Shown: positions 1-10,052, counted from the first letter of the stretch. The stretch is DNA of 64,000 bases from Balneolaceae bacterium (GCA_965247355.1 OZ252011.1:3113397-3177396); one strand, 5' to 3'. Made by a program: numbers and translations. Notes: generated by a model from the letters alone, not told the origin.

Positions 1-572
1 CCAACACCAAAGAACTTTTTGATGTCCAGTTCTTCCAGAAAAGCTTCCATTTGATCAGGAGTAATAACTGTTAAGCCATCAGGTTTATTAAAGTCGGATG
101 CGACTTTAGCAATGAATTTATTAGGGGCTACCCCTGCAGAGGCGGTTAATTGCGTTTCTTCAAAAATACGAGCCCGGATTTCCTGAGCGATTAATGTAGC
201 TGATGGATTTTCTTTACGATTTTCAGTCACATCCAAAAAAGCTTCATCCATAGAAAGAGGTTCAACCAAGTCAGTATATTCAAAAAATATTTCCCGGATG
301 ATTGCCGACGCTTCTTTATAGGCTTCAAAATTTGCCTTTACAAAAATACCGTGTGGACAAAGTCGATAAGCTTCGTTGGTAGGCATAGCCGAATGAACAC
401 CAAATTTTCGGGCTTCATAACTACAGGTAGATACAACTCCCCTTCCACCAGGTTTTCCACCAACAATTACAGGTTTACCGCGAAGCTCAGGATTATCCCG
501 TTGCTCTACCGCAGCAAAGAAGGCATCCATATCCACATGGATGATTTTACGTGTTAGAACATCCTGATTCAT
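1..572 (-). CDS. dinB: DNA polymerase IV (Y-family), N-terminal part; the C-terminus lies left of the window
   Basis: Reverse translation from the ATG (complement of 570-572) gives [39 protein letters not shown]...[14 protein letters not shown]. This is the canonical Pol IV opening with the DMDAFF catalytic motif. The frame stays open to position 1. The + ORF 351..557 is its antisense shadow. Confidence 0.9.
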   Translation of the reverse strand, partial: MNQDVLTRKIIHVDMDAFFAAVEQRDNPELRGKPVIVGGKPGGRGVVSTCSYEARKFGVHSAMPTNEAYRLCPHGIFVKANFEAYKEASAIIREIFFEYTDLVEPLSMDEAFLDVTENRKENPSATLIAQEIRARIFEETQLTASAGVAPNKFIAKVASDFNKPDGLTVITPDQMEAFLEELDIKKFFGV

Positions 573-620
573 AACATATATTATACATATAAATCAGGAA
601 GAATGGAATAGAGGGTTTAT

Positions 621-1916
621 CTATTCTTCAGCCTGTATCTCAGCAGCAATGGCCTGAACTTCATCAAGTACACGAAGTAAATTACCGCTCCAGATTTTTG
701 CTATTTCTTCTTCGGTATAGCCTCTTCGAACCAGCTCTAAGGTAACGTTAAAAGTTTCAGAAGCATCATCCCAGCCAGTAACCCCGCCGCCGCCATCAAA
801 ATCGGAACTGATTCCAACATGATCGATTCCGATTAAGTCTACCATATAATCAATGTGATCAACAAAGTCTGCAACATCAATTGGCTTTGCAGTTACTTCT
901 TTTTCAATTCTTGGTTTAGCCAAGACTTCAATTTCTTCATATCGTTTGTTATAAGCATCCCGCTCCTCAGGCTTCATATCCCGAACTTCTGATCTGCTTT
1001 TTTGCTCGAAGCCCTCTTCTTCAGCTACAGAACCAAAGACCTGATCGACAGCCTCTCTCCATGCCATATGCTTTTCGGCATATACATAACTTCTAAGAGC
1101 TACAGTTTGAACTACACCTCGATTTTCTTTTAAGACCATCAATTCTTCATCACTCAGGTTTCTACTCACTGAAGGGTTTATAGCCCGAGCCGAAGAATGA
1201 GATGCAATAACCGGCGCTCTGGATAAAGCCATAGTCTGTAAATTTGCATCCTTAGAAGGATGTGAGATGTCAACCATGATACCTAAGCGGTTCATTTCTT
1301 TGATAGCTTCTTTACCCAATTCACTTAAGCCATTATATTTCCACACACTATCACGCTCACCGGTATGTGAATCACTGAATTGATTATGGCCATTATGAGC
1401 AAGTGACATATACCGGGCTCCACGACTATAAAACTCTTCAATTCGATCAAGGTCTGTTGCAACCGGATAAGCGTTTTCTACCCCAATCATGGCAACGAGT
1501 TTTCCTTCTGCACTAATCCTTCGAACATCATCCGATGTTAAGGCAAGATCAATTTGATCTGGGGCGATTTCTTCAACTAAACGATGAATAGCTTCAAATT
1601 TATCAATAGCATTATCATAAGCAGCAGCATAGCCTTTTTCAGAGAGAGTATCCTGACCCGTATAAACAATAAAAAATACCACATCGAGGCTGCCCTCAGT
1701 CATTTTAGGGAGAGTAACTTGGGTGGGCAAATCCTGAGTGTAATTTCGATTTAAAGTAAAATTGCTCGTATTTATATCAGCGTGAGTATCCAGAGTGATA
1801 ACCCGGTCATGAATACCTCTCGCTTTTTCAACGAGCTCTTTGTCAGCGTTAGAGCAAGTTGAAAGACTTAAAGTGATTAAGATGAGAAGGAGAGGGAGCC
1901 CAAAAAGGTTTTTCAT
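621..1916 (-). CDS. Membrane dipeptidase (peptidase family M19), probable lipoprotein
   Basis: 431-aa ORF with a signal/lipobox (LSLSTC). It carries renal-dipeptidase-family motifs: DTHADINT, LAHNGHNQFSDSH, VDISHPS, ASHSSARA and SSDFDGGGG. Confidence 0.85.
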   Translation of the reverse strand: MKNLFGLPLLLILITLSLSTCSNADKELVEKARGIHDRVITLDTHADINTSNFTLNRNYTQDLPTQVTLPKMTEGSLDVVFFIVYTGQDTLSEKGYAAAYDNAIDKFEAIHRLVEEIAPDQIDLALTSDDVRRISAEGKLVAMIGVENAYPVATDLDRIEEFYSRGARYMSLAHNGHNQFSDSHTGERDSVWKYNGLSELGKEAIKEMNRLGIMVDISHPSKDANLQTMALSRAPVIASHSSARAINPSVSRNLSDEELMVLKENRGVVQTVALRSYVYAEKHMAWREAVDQVFGSVAEEEGFEQKSRSEVRDMKPEERDAYNKRYEEIEVLAKPRIEKEVTAKPIDVADFVDHIDYMVDLIGIDHVGISSDFDGGGGVTGWDDASETFNVTLELVRRGYTEEEIAKIWSGNLLRVLDEVQAIAAEIQAEE

Positions 1917-2133
1917 AACGTAGAAATGAAGCCTGATAATTAAAGTTAAGCGAGAGCATGAAGAAAATAATTAATGAAGGAGACATTTGTTGGATAAGAT
2001 TATTCAGAGATGGGTAGTACCAGGAAAGTTTACGAGGAGTGATGCCTTACGATTAAATTTTGGAACTTCTTTGATGGGATCATCATTAATATGTTTGAAT
2101 TGCAATATTATTAAATACTTAATTACCGATATA

Positions 2134-2394
2134 ATGAATACGTTAATGATTTTAGGATATTTGGGGCTTGGAGCTTTTGTAGGTTTTCTAAGCCACTTAA
2201 TTGTACAGGAAAGAGGTATAAAAATGATACCAAGTATTGGTGTCGCGATGGCTGGTGGACTTCTGGGTGGATTAATTTCAGCTTCTTTAGATTTGGTAGG
2301 TTCTGGTTTTTATGCGCTTATATGCTCTTTTATCGTTCTTTTTACTTTTAATGTATTTCGAACATCAAAAGAACCCGTATTTGAGACAGAATAA
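2134..2394 (+). CDS. GlsB/YeaQ/YmgE-type small stress-response membrane protein
   Basis: The ORF-track frame is 1987..2394. Only the part from ATG 2134 (MNTLMILGYLGLGAFVGFLSHLIV...GVAMAGGLLGGLISASL...) looks protein-like, with Gly-rich TM helices typical of this family. The upstream 49 codons look non-coding. Confidence 0.6.
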   Translation: MNTLMILGYLGLGAFVGFLSHLIVQERGIKMIPSIGVAMAGGLLGGLISASLDLVGSGFYALICSFIVLFTFNVFRTSKEPVFETE

Positions 2395-2464
2395 TCGGGA
2401 ACAAAACCGCCACTTAGGGTATAAGCAATCACATATCTAATATTATTAAAGCCGTGATTGTTTA

Positions 2465-2863
2465 ATGAAAAGAAAAGACCGACAAATTCAATTATTCTTA
2501 CAAATCTTTCTGGTACTTACGGGTGCCTATCTGATTGGGATAAACCTCTGGAATTTAAATTCAGATTTATGGAGCGAAGGAATCTTCGAGTTCTATAATG
2601 GAGAAGTGCCGGTTTTTAAAATAACTGCAGGTTTTATTGCAGGCTTTTTAAGCTTAATAGCATCCTGGGCGCTATGGATCAGGGCACATTGGGCATATGG
2701 ATTTACATTAATAGTATCAGGTTTACTCTTTGGGTTCAATTTAATTGGGTTGGGTGAAGCCATTCACATTAACCCATACCATGCAATACCAATGGTTTTC
2801 ATATTGATTGTAATACTTCAGAGTGTACCTTTTTTATTACGAAGAACCACACGCTACGTATAA
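2465..2863 (+). CDS. Hypothetical integral membrane protein (4 predicted TM helices)
   Basis: 132-aa ORF with four hydrophobic stretches (FLQIFLVLTGAYLIGI, AGFIAGFLSLIASWALWI, FTLIVSGLLFGFNLIGL, IPMVFILIVILQSVPFLL). I recognise no family. Confidence 0.55.
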   Translation: MKRKDRQIQLFLQIFLVLTGAYLIGINLWNLNSDLWSEGIFEFYNGEVPVFKITAGFIAGFLSLIASWALWIRAHWAYGFTLIVSGLLFGFNLIGLGEAIHINPYHAIPMVFILIVILQSVPFLLRRTTRYV

Positions 2864-2912
2864 ACTCTGACATTTCCGAAACATGACTTGAAAGAAAGAC
2901 GTGTAAGCGGAC

Positions 2913-3650
2913 ATGGAAAAAATTTCCCAAAAAGATATTGACTGGCTACTAAACCTGAAGCCTGATACCGGTTTTGATAAGACTATTCGGGAAGAGAAAG
3001 TAAAAAAGCTTTCCTTACAACGACGAGTTTTCAAGATAGCTTTTTCAGTACTCCTGATGATTGCTTTGGGAATTATTCCTTTCTTTGTACTTATTCGAAC
3101 CGCTGTTTATCTAAATCTTGCACAAGACTGGAACGGATGGGCGGCTTTAATTGGTGGAATTCTTTCCAGTACGTCCCTACTTGGTCTGTATGTTTTGTTT
3201 TTATTTCGAAAAGTGAAGAATAAAAAGTTGTTGGCTCAATTCGGATTTGGAGGGGTAGCTGCATTAGTAGGTGGTTTCTGTATTTACGGATTGATGTACC
3301 TCTCAAGTGTTAATGCCAAAACAGAAGATGTCAGACAGGTATATCGTTCATTACATCCAATTTTAAGAGTGTCTGTTGCAGCCACTACTTTAGCCGATAA
3401 AGACCTTGTGATCACAGATATCATGCGCACAGAAGAAGACTATATATCCTGGGGATTGACACCATTGCAGAGCTCTCTTCATTATGAACAAAAAGATGGC
3501 TTTGTACACGCAATTGATCTTCGTACTATCGGGCATTCTGAATTCAGAAACAAAACGCTTGAGTGGTCGCTTAAAGCGATGGGACTTCAAATTAATCGAC
3601 ATGTTGGTACTGCAGATCATTTACATGTAGCTCTTCCAATAAAAGAATAA
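2913..3650 (+). CDS. Hypothetical membrane protein with a soluble C-terminal domain (possible LAS/M15-like metallopeptidase fold)
   Basis: 245-aa ORF with three TM helices in residues ~40-130. The C-terminal part has SLHYEQKDGFVHAIDLR ... ADHLHVAL, which resembles the H..D / HxH zinc-ligand layout of LAS-type peptidases. That domain call is tentative. Confidence 0.55.
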   Translation: MEKISQKDIDWLLNLKPDTGFDKTIREEKVKKLSLQRRVFKIAFSVLLMIALGIIPFFVLIRTAVYLNLAQDWNGWAALIGGILSSTSLLGLYVLFLFRKVKNKKLLAQFGFGGVAALVGGFCIYGLMYLSSVNAKTEDVRQVYRSLHPILRVSVAATTLADKDLVITDIMRTEEDYISWGLTPLQSSLHYEQKDGFVHAIDLRTIGHSEFRNKTLEWSLKAMGLQINRHVGTADHLHVALPIKE

Positions 3651-3698
3651 TAAAAGCGCTTTTTTATTGTTTCTGAATAAGATTACCACGACCTTTGG

Positions 3699-5138
3699 AT
3701 GCCTCAAAAAAAAGACAACAAAAATCAGTTTATGTCCACATATAATTTCTTTGAACAGGTAAACAGTAATTTTGATAAAGCTGCGAAGTATACCCGTTTT
3801 GATAAGGGTGTTTTAAATCAAATAAAAATGTGTAATACCGTCTATCATGTGTCTTTTCCGCTAAGAAGAGATGACGGATCGGTGGAGGTTATCGAAGGGT
3901 GGCGCGTGGAGCATAGCCACCACAAGACCCCGACTAAAGGAGGAATTCGATATAGTCATAAAGTAGACGAAGACGAAACGATGGCATTGGCAGCTCTTAT
4001 GACGTATAAATGTGCAATTGTGGACGTTCCTTTTGGCGGGGCAAAAGGAGGGGTGAAAATCAGTACCCGAAGTTATTCTGAAAACGAGCTTGAGAGAATC
4101 ACCCGACGATATACTTTTGAGTTGGTTAAGAAAGGATTTATTGGACCTGGTGTGGATGTGCCTGCCCCCGATTATGGCACCGGAGCCCGCGAGATGGGTT
4201 GGATTTTGGATACCTATCGCCAAATGAAAGATGATATGAATGCAGAAGCTTGTGTTACCGGAAAGCCCATTCAAATGGGTGGCATTAGGGGAAGAACGGA
4301 AGCTACTGGTAGGGGAGTATATTTTGGAATCCGTGAAGCATGTAACGTAAAAAAGGATATGGATGCTATCGGGTTAGATGTAGGAGTTGAAGGTAAAACC
4401 TTCGTTGTACAAGGGCTGGGTAATGTAGGATATCATGCATCACTATATATGACGCAGGCCGGTGCAAAAATGATTGGAGTTTCTGAGCTAGAAGGAGCGA
4501 TTTACGACCCAAATGGAATAGACCTGAAAAAGCTAGTTGAATTCAGGAAAGAAACAGGAAGTATAATTGGTTTTGGTACCAGTAAAGAGCTTCCATCAAA
4601 CAAAGATATTTTCACTCAGGAATGCGATATCATCATTCCCGCGGCTCTGGAAAGCCAGATTACTGGAGATAACGCAAATGATGTTAAAGCTAGAATAATT
4701 GCGGAAGCAGCAAACGGTCCCACAACTGCTGATGCTCATGAAATATTGAAAGACAGAGGTGCTTTAATTATACCGGATACCTACCTGAACGCAGGCGGTG
4801 TGGTGGTTTCATATTTTGAATGGTTGAAAGATATTCAACATGTTCGGTATGGCAGAATGAACAAGAAGTTTGATGAAGAAAGTCTTACCAGAATAGTTCG
4901 GGAGCTGGAAAATATTACAGGTAAAGAGTATTCAGCAGATATGTTATCAAAATTGACTCATGGCGCTGAAGAAGCAGACTTAGTTGATTCCGGTCTTGAA
5001 GAGACCATGATTACAGCTTATCAACAAATTGCTGAAATTCGTGCTGAGCATAACCTGAATGATCTGAGAACCGCAGCCTTTGTCAATGCAATCAACAAAA
5101 TTGGGATCATGTACGAACAAATGGGAATCTTCCCTTGA
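3699..5138 (+). CDS. gdh: Glutamate dehydrogenase (Glu/Leu/Phe/Val dehydrogenase family)
   Basis: 479 aa with KGGIRY, the catalytic-Lys motif VPFGGAKGGV, and the Rossmann glycine motif VQGLGNVGYH. Confidence 0.9.
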   Translation: MPQKKDNKNQFMSTYNFFEQVNSNFDKAAKYTRFDKGVLNQIKMCNTVYHVSFPLRRDDGSVEVIEGWRVEHSHHKTPTKGGIRYSHKVDEDETMALAALMTYKCAIVDVPFGGAKGGVKISTRSYSENELERITRRYTFELVKKGFIGPGVDVPAPDYGTGAREMGWILDTYRQMKDDMNAEACVTGKPIQMGGIRGRTEATGRGVYFGIREACNVKKDMDAIGLDVGVEGKTFVVQGLGNVGYHASLYMTQAGAKMIGVSELEGAIYDPNGIDLKKLVEFRKETGSIIGFGTSKELPSNKDIFTQECDIIIPAALESQITGDNANDVKARIIAEAANGPTTADAHEILKDRGALIIPDTYLNAGGVVVSYFEWLKDIQHVRYGRMNKKFDEESLTRIVRELENITGKEYSADMLSKLTHGAEEADLVDSGLEETMITAYQQIAEIRAEHNLNDLRTAAFVNAINKIGIMYEQMGIFP

Positions 5139-5266
5139 TTTTTCTTGCAAATACTTTTGATAGTTGAAAAGACAGTAATTTAAACAGGATTATTTTTTTG
5201 GCAGCGTTTGGTAGTATCCATACGTATAGGTAAGTAAAGGAACCAAAAACTTATCAAGTCATTAAA

Positions 5267-5761
5267 ATGAACAAACTAAAGTTATTGTATTTTTTCGTTC
5301 TGGTAACCGTCGCTATTTCCTGCAACAATCAGGTAGGGACTGACACATTTGATATATCAACTGTATATCAACAATATTATAAAGGGAGCTCTGCTGAACT
5401 TTATGCAAATGTTGAAGATACATTATATGATTATCCTTACTCTATTGTATCTGTTGAAAGAACAAAGGGAGCCAATATTGATAGCCTGGATTTTTACTTT
5501 CAGTATAGCGGGGGAGAAGGAGGCTGTCCGGAACATTATTTCTATCTCCAATGGTCTCCCAACGATTTAATAGCCAATTCAGACACTCTCTATATTGGGG
5601 TTGCACATTTTCTTAATCAACCAGATAACTGTGAAGCATTAGTTCGAAGTAATCATAAGTTTGACTTAAACCGGTTGTTTCAGGATGACGTAAAAGATCA
5701 TGTTGATAGGCCATTAGTAATATCAAACCTGTACAGTAACGAGCGTTACTTTCTGGATTAA
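5267..5761 (+). CDS. Hypothetical lipoprotein
   Basis: 164-aa ORF with signal peptide and lipobox (LVTVAISCNNQ). No recognisable family. Confidence 0.55.
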   Translation: MNKLKLLYFFVLVTVAISCNNQVGTDTFDISTVYQQYYKGSSAELYANVEDTLYDYPYSIVSVERTKGANIDSLDFYFQYSGGEGGCPEHYFYLQWSPNDLIANSDTLYIGVAHFLNQPDNCEALVRSNHKFDLNRLFQDDVKDHVDRPLVISNLYSNERYFLD

Positions 5762-5847
5762 TTAATTGCGCATTAATAGATAGTATATTGTCCAGAGATA
5801 AAATAATAAGCCAATAGCGCTGGAAGCGAAGACATGGCATTAGCATA

Positions 5848-6408
5848 ATGATAAATGATAATAAGGATTTATCAAGAGAATTACGGTTAATCGAGGAGTG
5901 TAGTAAGCCATGGAATAAGCAATCAAAGGAAGACTTGTGCAAAGAGTACTATTCATATGCGATGAGTATTGCTATTCGATATACAAATGATAGAGAGGAA
6001 GCGGTTGAAGTAACAAATGACAGTTTTATGAAGATGTTTAAAAACCTTGATACGTTTGATCGCTCGAAGTCTTTCAAAAGTTGGTTCAGAAGAATCATTA
6101 TTAATTTGGCGATAGATCGTTATAGATCAAAAAAAGCTAAAGAAGAGAGATTAGTACTACAGGATATGAGTCCGGTTCCTGATAGATACGAAGAAATTAT
6201 TTCCTCGTTAACAGTCAAGGATATTCTTTCCCTTTTATATGAATTGCCTGAAAACCAGCGAATGGTTTTCAACTTGTTTGAAATCGAAAACTATTCTCAT
6301 CTTGAAATTTCGAACATGTTGAATATTGCAGAAAGTTCATCCCGTTCGTGTCTTACTCGCGCAAAAGCAGGACTAAGAGAGTTATTTGCCAAAAAATTTA
6401 CAGAATGA
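5848..6408 (+). CDS. RNA polymerase ECF-type sigma-70 factor
   Basis: 186 aa. Region 2 (AMSIAIRYTNDREEAVEVTNDSFMKMF ... WFRRIIINLAIDRYR) and region 4 HTH (LPENQRMVFNLFEIENYSHLEISNMLNIAESSSRSCLTRAKAGLRE) are both present. Confidence 0.85.
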   Translation: MINDNKDLSRELRLIEECSKPWNKQSKEDLCKEYYSYAMSIAIRYTNDREEAVEVTNDSFMKMFKNLDTFDRSKSFKSWFRRIIINLAIDRYRSKKAKEERLVLQDMSPVPDRYEEIISSLTVKDILSLLYELPENQRMVFNLFEIENYSHLEISNMLNIAESSSRSCLTRAKAGLRELFAKKFTE

Positions 6409-7676
6409 TGGAAGATTCATTTGATAAAAAACTAGTCCAGAAAATAAGAGACTCATTCAATGAGGCAGAGTTTCCAATCGAAGAGAAAGAATGGATTGAG
6501 CTATCAACTCTTATTGGATCAGAAAAGAAAGGGTTCATATACATTATTAGTCAGTCTTATTTTAAGGCTGCAGCAATCCTTGTTATTATTTTTGGATCAC
6601 TAGCCTGGTTTTTGATCACTGATTCAGAAAATAATCACCCCACTTTGTCTAAGAATAATGAAGTGCAAAATAAAGAAGAAGCGGAAGTTGACCCAGTCCC
6701 CCAATTAGTACAGCCGATCCTCCCCGAACCCTTTGGTGGGTCAGAACCTAAAACGGAAAACAATGTTGCGATTCAGGATGAGGATATTTTGAATCAAAAA
6801 AAGATAAAAGAAAAACCAATCTCGGAAGACCAAATAAAAAATAAGTTAGTTTTGAGTTCTGAATTGCCGAGAAGAGTGCTTCCAGATTCTTTGGTGTTTG
6901 GATTTTCAAACCGAGGTATTAATGACGAAGAGTTTTTTGGTGAAGAATTTGTAATGACAAATGCACAAGCCAGCGGGTTAACCTATAGAGAAAAGGAACC
7001 CATAATAAATATAGATGCCATAACCCCCCCTCCTTCTTTGGAGATAGAAATGTCAGGATTGGTAAGCTATGGGCAATTTGATAAAAGTGTTAACCCGGGC
7101 GTATCTGGAGGTATTGGTGCATCAATACCAGTAAATAGCAGGCTTAGTTTCATTACAGGTCTTTACATATCTAATCAAAACCTAAAAGTTGATGATAACG
7201 GAAGAACAATATCTTTTGAAAGTTCTGCCGGAGAAATACAGGAAGAGGTTTATGCAAACATTTTCGCCTTAGATATCCCATTGAACATCCGATATTATTT
7301 TCGAAGAAAGGGTAATTCACAAATATTTTTTTCAACCGGTTTTTCTTCTCTGACCTATCTGAAAGAATCCTTTATAACTGAAACCAGCATTATTAAAGAA
7401 GATGTAACTCAGGAGTCAGAAGGGGTCGTTGTCACAAGAAAGTATATTGAACAAAGCACTAATTCTTCTTCTTCGGATCCATTATCCAGAGTTGATTTAG
7501 CCGCGATCTTAAATCTGTCTTTAGGACTCCAGTATGACCTGAAGGGAAGCAACAACCTTACTATAGAACCTTATATTAAATACCCATTAACTTCTTTAAC
7601 TGGTCAGGATATACGGATTGGTTCCGGAGGGATCAAACTTGTTATAAATTTTACAGGAAAAAAAGAAAGGAAGTGA
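6405..7676 (+). CDS. Sigma-factor-coupled membrane protein: short cytoplasmic N-terminus, one TM helix, linker, then a C-terminal outer-membrane-beta-barrel-like (PorT-like) domain
   Basis: ATG 6405 overlaps the sigma-factor stop as ATGA, in the same frame as track ORF 6348..7676. The TM helix is AAAILVIIFGSLAWFLI. The C-terminal ~220 aa has alternating beta-strand patterns (FALDIPLNIRYYF, IFFSTGFSSLTYL, LSLGLQYDL, TIEPYIKYPL, GGIKLVINF). Confidence 0.6.
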   Translation: MMEDSFDKKLVQKIRDSFNEAEFPIEEKEWIELSTLIGSEKKGFIYIISQSYFKAAAILVIIFGSLAWFLITDSENNHPTLSKNNEVQNKEEAEVDPVPQLVQPILPEPFGGSEPKTENNVAIQDEDILNQKKIKEKPISEDQIKNKLVLSSELPRRVLPDSLVFGFSNRGINDEEFFGEEFVMTNAQASGLTYREKEPIINIDAITPPPSLEIEMSGLVSYGQFDKSVNPGVSGGIGASIPVNSRLSFITGLYISNQNLKVDDNGRTISFESSAGEIQEEVYANIFALDIPLNIRYYFRRKGNSQIFFSTGFSSLTYLKESFITETSIIKEDVTQESEGVVVTRKYIEQSTNSSSSDPLSRVDLAAILNLSLGLQYDLKGSNNLTIEPYIKYPLTSLTGQDIRIGSGGIKLVINFTGKKERK

Positions 7677-7699
7677 ATAAACTATTATAGTAGCTGCGA

Positions 7700-8155
7700 T
7701 TAGTTATTAACCAACTTCCCTCCTCTTACTGTTGCGCCAAGAACTAATCCGGCACTAACGAGCACCAGGTTTTTGATGATATACTGACCTTCCAGAGTTA
7801 ACCCAAACGGGAAAGATGTCCAGACTACATCCGGAAGTACTAAGATGGGGAGCGCGGTTCCCGGCATCTGCAGAAAGAGCAGCAATAATGTAATTCTCAT
7901 GAATTTTCCGACAATAAGCCCAATTCCAATCAACACCTCCCAGGTAGCAAGTACCGGGATAAATAAATCGGGATTTACAAAATAGACGGTATTTCGCACG
8001 AGTTCTTCGGCCGGACTTAATCCCGGAAAGAATTTCAATGCACCGAACCATAAAAAAATGATACCTAACCCCACTCTCATAATAACAAGACCGTAGCGAG
8101 CCATCCAGCCGGTTATGGCTTCGTCAGTCTTGTCGAACGTCTCAACGTAATTCAT
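7700..8155 (-). CDS. DoxX-like family membrane protein
   Basis: 151 aa with four TM helices. The motif [24 protein letters not shown] is typical of DoxX/DUF417-type proteins. Confidence 0.6.
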   Translation of the reverse strand: MNYVETFDKTDEAITGWMARYGLVIMRVGLGIIFLWFGALKFFPGLSPAEELVRNTVYFVNPDLFIPVLATWEVLIGIGLIVGKFMRITLLLLFLQMPGTALPILVLPDVVWTSFPFGLTLEGQYIIKNLVLVSAGLVLGATVRGGKLVNN

Positions 8156-8244
8156 AACACCTCTATTAACTTGATTGGAAGCAAACTAAAGGCGTAATGT
8201 GAAAAATATGTGAAGATGGGCGAAGACTCTTTACGAGAGACAAG

Positions 8245-9357
8245 TTAAGACTTAAATTTAATCTCCACCTTAGGATTAGCATTCTTCCCTCTCAAAGCCA
8301 ACTGCTGCACCATATTATTGGATGCCCCGATAAAAGCAGTGGCAGCATTAGAGTGCTCATCTGCAATCACAATCGGCTTTCCGTTATCGCCGGCTTCGCG
8401 GATGGGTTGTTCAAGCGGTATTTCGGCCAATACCGGAACTGCGAGTTCCTCCGCTAGTCGGGAAGCTCCACCTTCTCCAAAAATATGGTACTTTTTGTCA
8501 GGCATATCCGGCGGGATGAAATAGGCCATATTCTCAATAACTCCAAGTACAGGGACCTTTACTTTGTTGAACATAGCCACCCCTTTGCGCACATCATCAA
8601 GAGCTACAGTCTGAGGAGTAGATACAATTACAGCGCCACTTAAAGGAACGGTTTGTACAATCGTGAGCTGGATGTCACCGGTTCCGGGTGGTAAATCTAA
8701 CACCATATAATCCAACTCTCCCCACTCCACATCGGTCATAAATTGTTTAATGGCGCTGGTAGCCATTGGCCCACGCCAAACCATCGCCTGATTTACATCC
8801 ACCAGAAAACCCATACTCACCATTTTGATGCCATACTTCTCAAGAGGAATCAACTTCTTTTGGGTAGTGATGTTAGGCCGTTCAAATAGATCGAACATTG
8901 TTGGGATACTAGGTCCGTATACGTCGGTATCCATGAGACCCACTTTCGCTCCGGTTCTTGCTAAAGCTGCGGCCAGATTTACTGCAACTGTAGACTTTCC
9001 AACCCCGCCCTTACCGGATGCTACGGCAATGATATTCTTCACACCAGGGAGAACCTGATTTTGTGCAGGCGCTTGTTGAGCCGGTTCCGGGCTTTTCGTT
9101 CTTTTGGAAATATTGATTCCAACCTGAATATCTACCACGGCATCTTTATCAATAAACTTATGGATTGCGCCTGTAGCCTTTTCCTTCAGGTCTATAGCAA
9201 GAGGTTCATTCTGTCCAGGCATTTCCAGAGTAAAGGACACATATTTATCCTGAACAAGAATATCCTGGATCATATCAAGGGAAATGAGATCCTGTTTTTC
9301 GGTTGGATGAAGAACGTGAGCTAGCGCTGTTTTTACTTGTTCTTTGTTGATAGACAT
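8245..9357 (-). CDS. apbC: Mrp/NBP35-family iron-sulfur cluster carrier ATPase
   Basis: 370 aa. It has an N-terminal MIP18/DUF59-like segment, the deviant Walker A VASGKGGVGKSTVAVNLA, the DLPPGTGD switch, and VLGVIENM. Confidence 0.9.
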   Translation of the reverse strand: MSINKEQVKTALAHVLHPTEKQDLISLDMIQDILVQDKYVSFTLEMPGQNEPLAIDLKEKATGAIHKFIDKDAVVDIQVGINISKRTKSPEPAQQAPAQNQVLPGVKNIIAVASGKGGVGKSTVAVNLAAALARTGAKVGLMDTDVYGPSIPTMFDLFERPNITTQKKLIPLEKYGIKMVSMGFLVDVNQAMVWRGPMATSAIKQFMTDVEWGELDYMVLDLPPGTGDIQLTIVQTVPLSGAVIVSTPQTVALDDVRKGVAMFNKVKVPVLGVIENMAYFIPPDMPDKKYHIFGEGGASRLAEELAVPVLAEIPLEQPIREAGDNGKPIVIADEHSNAATAFIGASNNMVQQLALRGKNANPKVEIKFKS

Positions 9358-9416
9358 GGAGAAACTTTGATTCTGTAATTAATTTCATTTAAAGATAAGG
9401 AGATTAAATCCCCAAA

Positions 9417-10052
9417 TCATTTTATAGAATGAGCTTTCTTCCCGGGCTCCGCATAACTAAACCGATCCAGAATTTTTGGCAAGGCATAACCATCTAAACC
9501 AGTTGCTGATACAGTATTGGCTTCTTCGAGGTTAAGCCAGCCGTCTTCACTTTGAATAGATTCACTGATGTAGATGTGCTCGATATTCGCAATGATGAAA
9601 ATACACTGGTTCTCTTTCAGGTAATACTCGTTTTCATAACTGCAGCCTAATTTGATGTGGCTTTCCTTCACAAACGGAGCTTTAAAGTCATTCAGATATT
9701 CTTCCGTTAAGCCGGCTTCAGAAAACTCAGAAACATCTGGGTCATATTTAGCTGAGGTTTGATGTGCGTGTTGAATGATATCCTTATTCACATGATTTAC
9801 AGTGAATACACCCGACTTCTTCAAATTATCATAGGTATTTCGGGTTACCGTTCTGGGGCGAAGTACAAACCCTAACAATGGAGGATTACTCCCTAAATGA
9901 GTGACCGAGCTGAAAATAGCCAGATTGGTGGTGCCTTCTTCTGAAACAGTTCCAATCAAATTAGAGGACTTATAGCCTGTAACGCTGTTTATAAAATGTG
10001 CCCGATATCTTGATGATAGTTCATTCAGGTCTTCTTTTGAATAGTATTTCAT
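9417..10052 (-). CDS. Flavin reductase-like (FMN-binding split-barrel) protein
   Basis: 211 aa. FINSVTGYKSSNLIGT...NLAIFSSVTHLGSNPPLLGFVLRP resembles the flavin reductase domain family. Confidence 0.65.
   Translation of the reverse strand: MKYYSKEDLNELSSRYRAHFINSVTGYKSSNLIGTVSEEGTTNLAIFSSVTHLGSNPPLLGFVLRPRTVTRNTYDNLKKSGVFTVNHVNKDIIQHAHQTSAKYDPDVSEFSEAGLTEEYLNDFKAPFVKESHIKLGCSYENEYYLKENQCIFIIANIEHIYISESIQSEDGWLNLEEANTVSATGLDGYALPKILDRFSYAEPGKKAHSIK

Noticed and set aside
351-557. Short ORFs antisense to or overlapping strong genes. Examples are 351..557 in dinB, 3861..4274 in gdh, 33221..33574 and 33520..33813 in glgP, 61107..61532 in the methyltransferase, 62276..62692 in argS, and 55953..56174 across clpS/purS.
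   Set aside because: Each lies fully within a gene that has unambiguous family motifs on the other strand or frame. None shows recognisable motifs, a signal peptide or plausible start context.
6348-6404. Upstream extensions of track ORFs: 6348 for the sigma partner, 1987 for the GlsB-like gene, 14438 for lolA, 17425 for the barrel gene and 43200 for lolC/E.
   Set aside because: The extensions overlap the preceding gene or encode non-protein-like sequence. Internal ATGs give canonical N-termini, such as signal peptides, an ATGA coupling or the family-typical opening.
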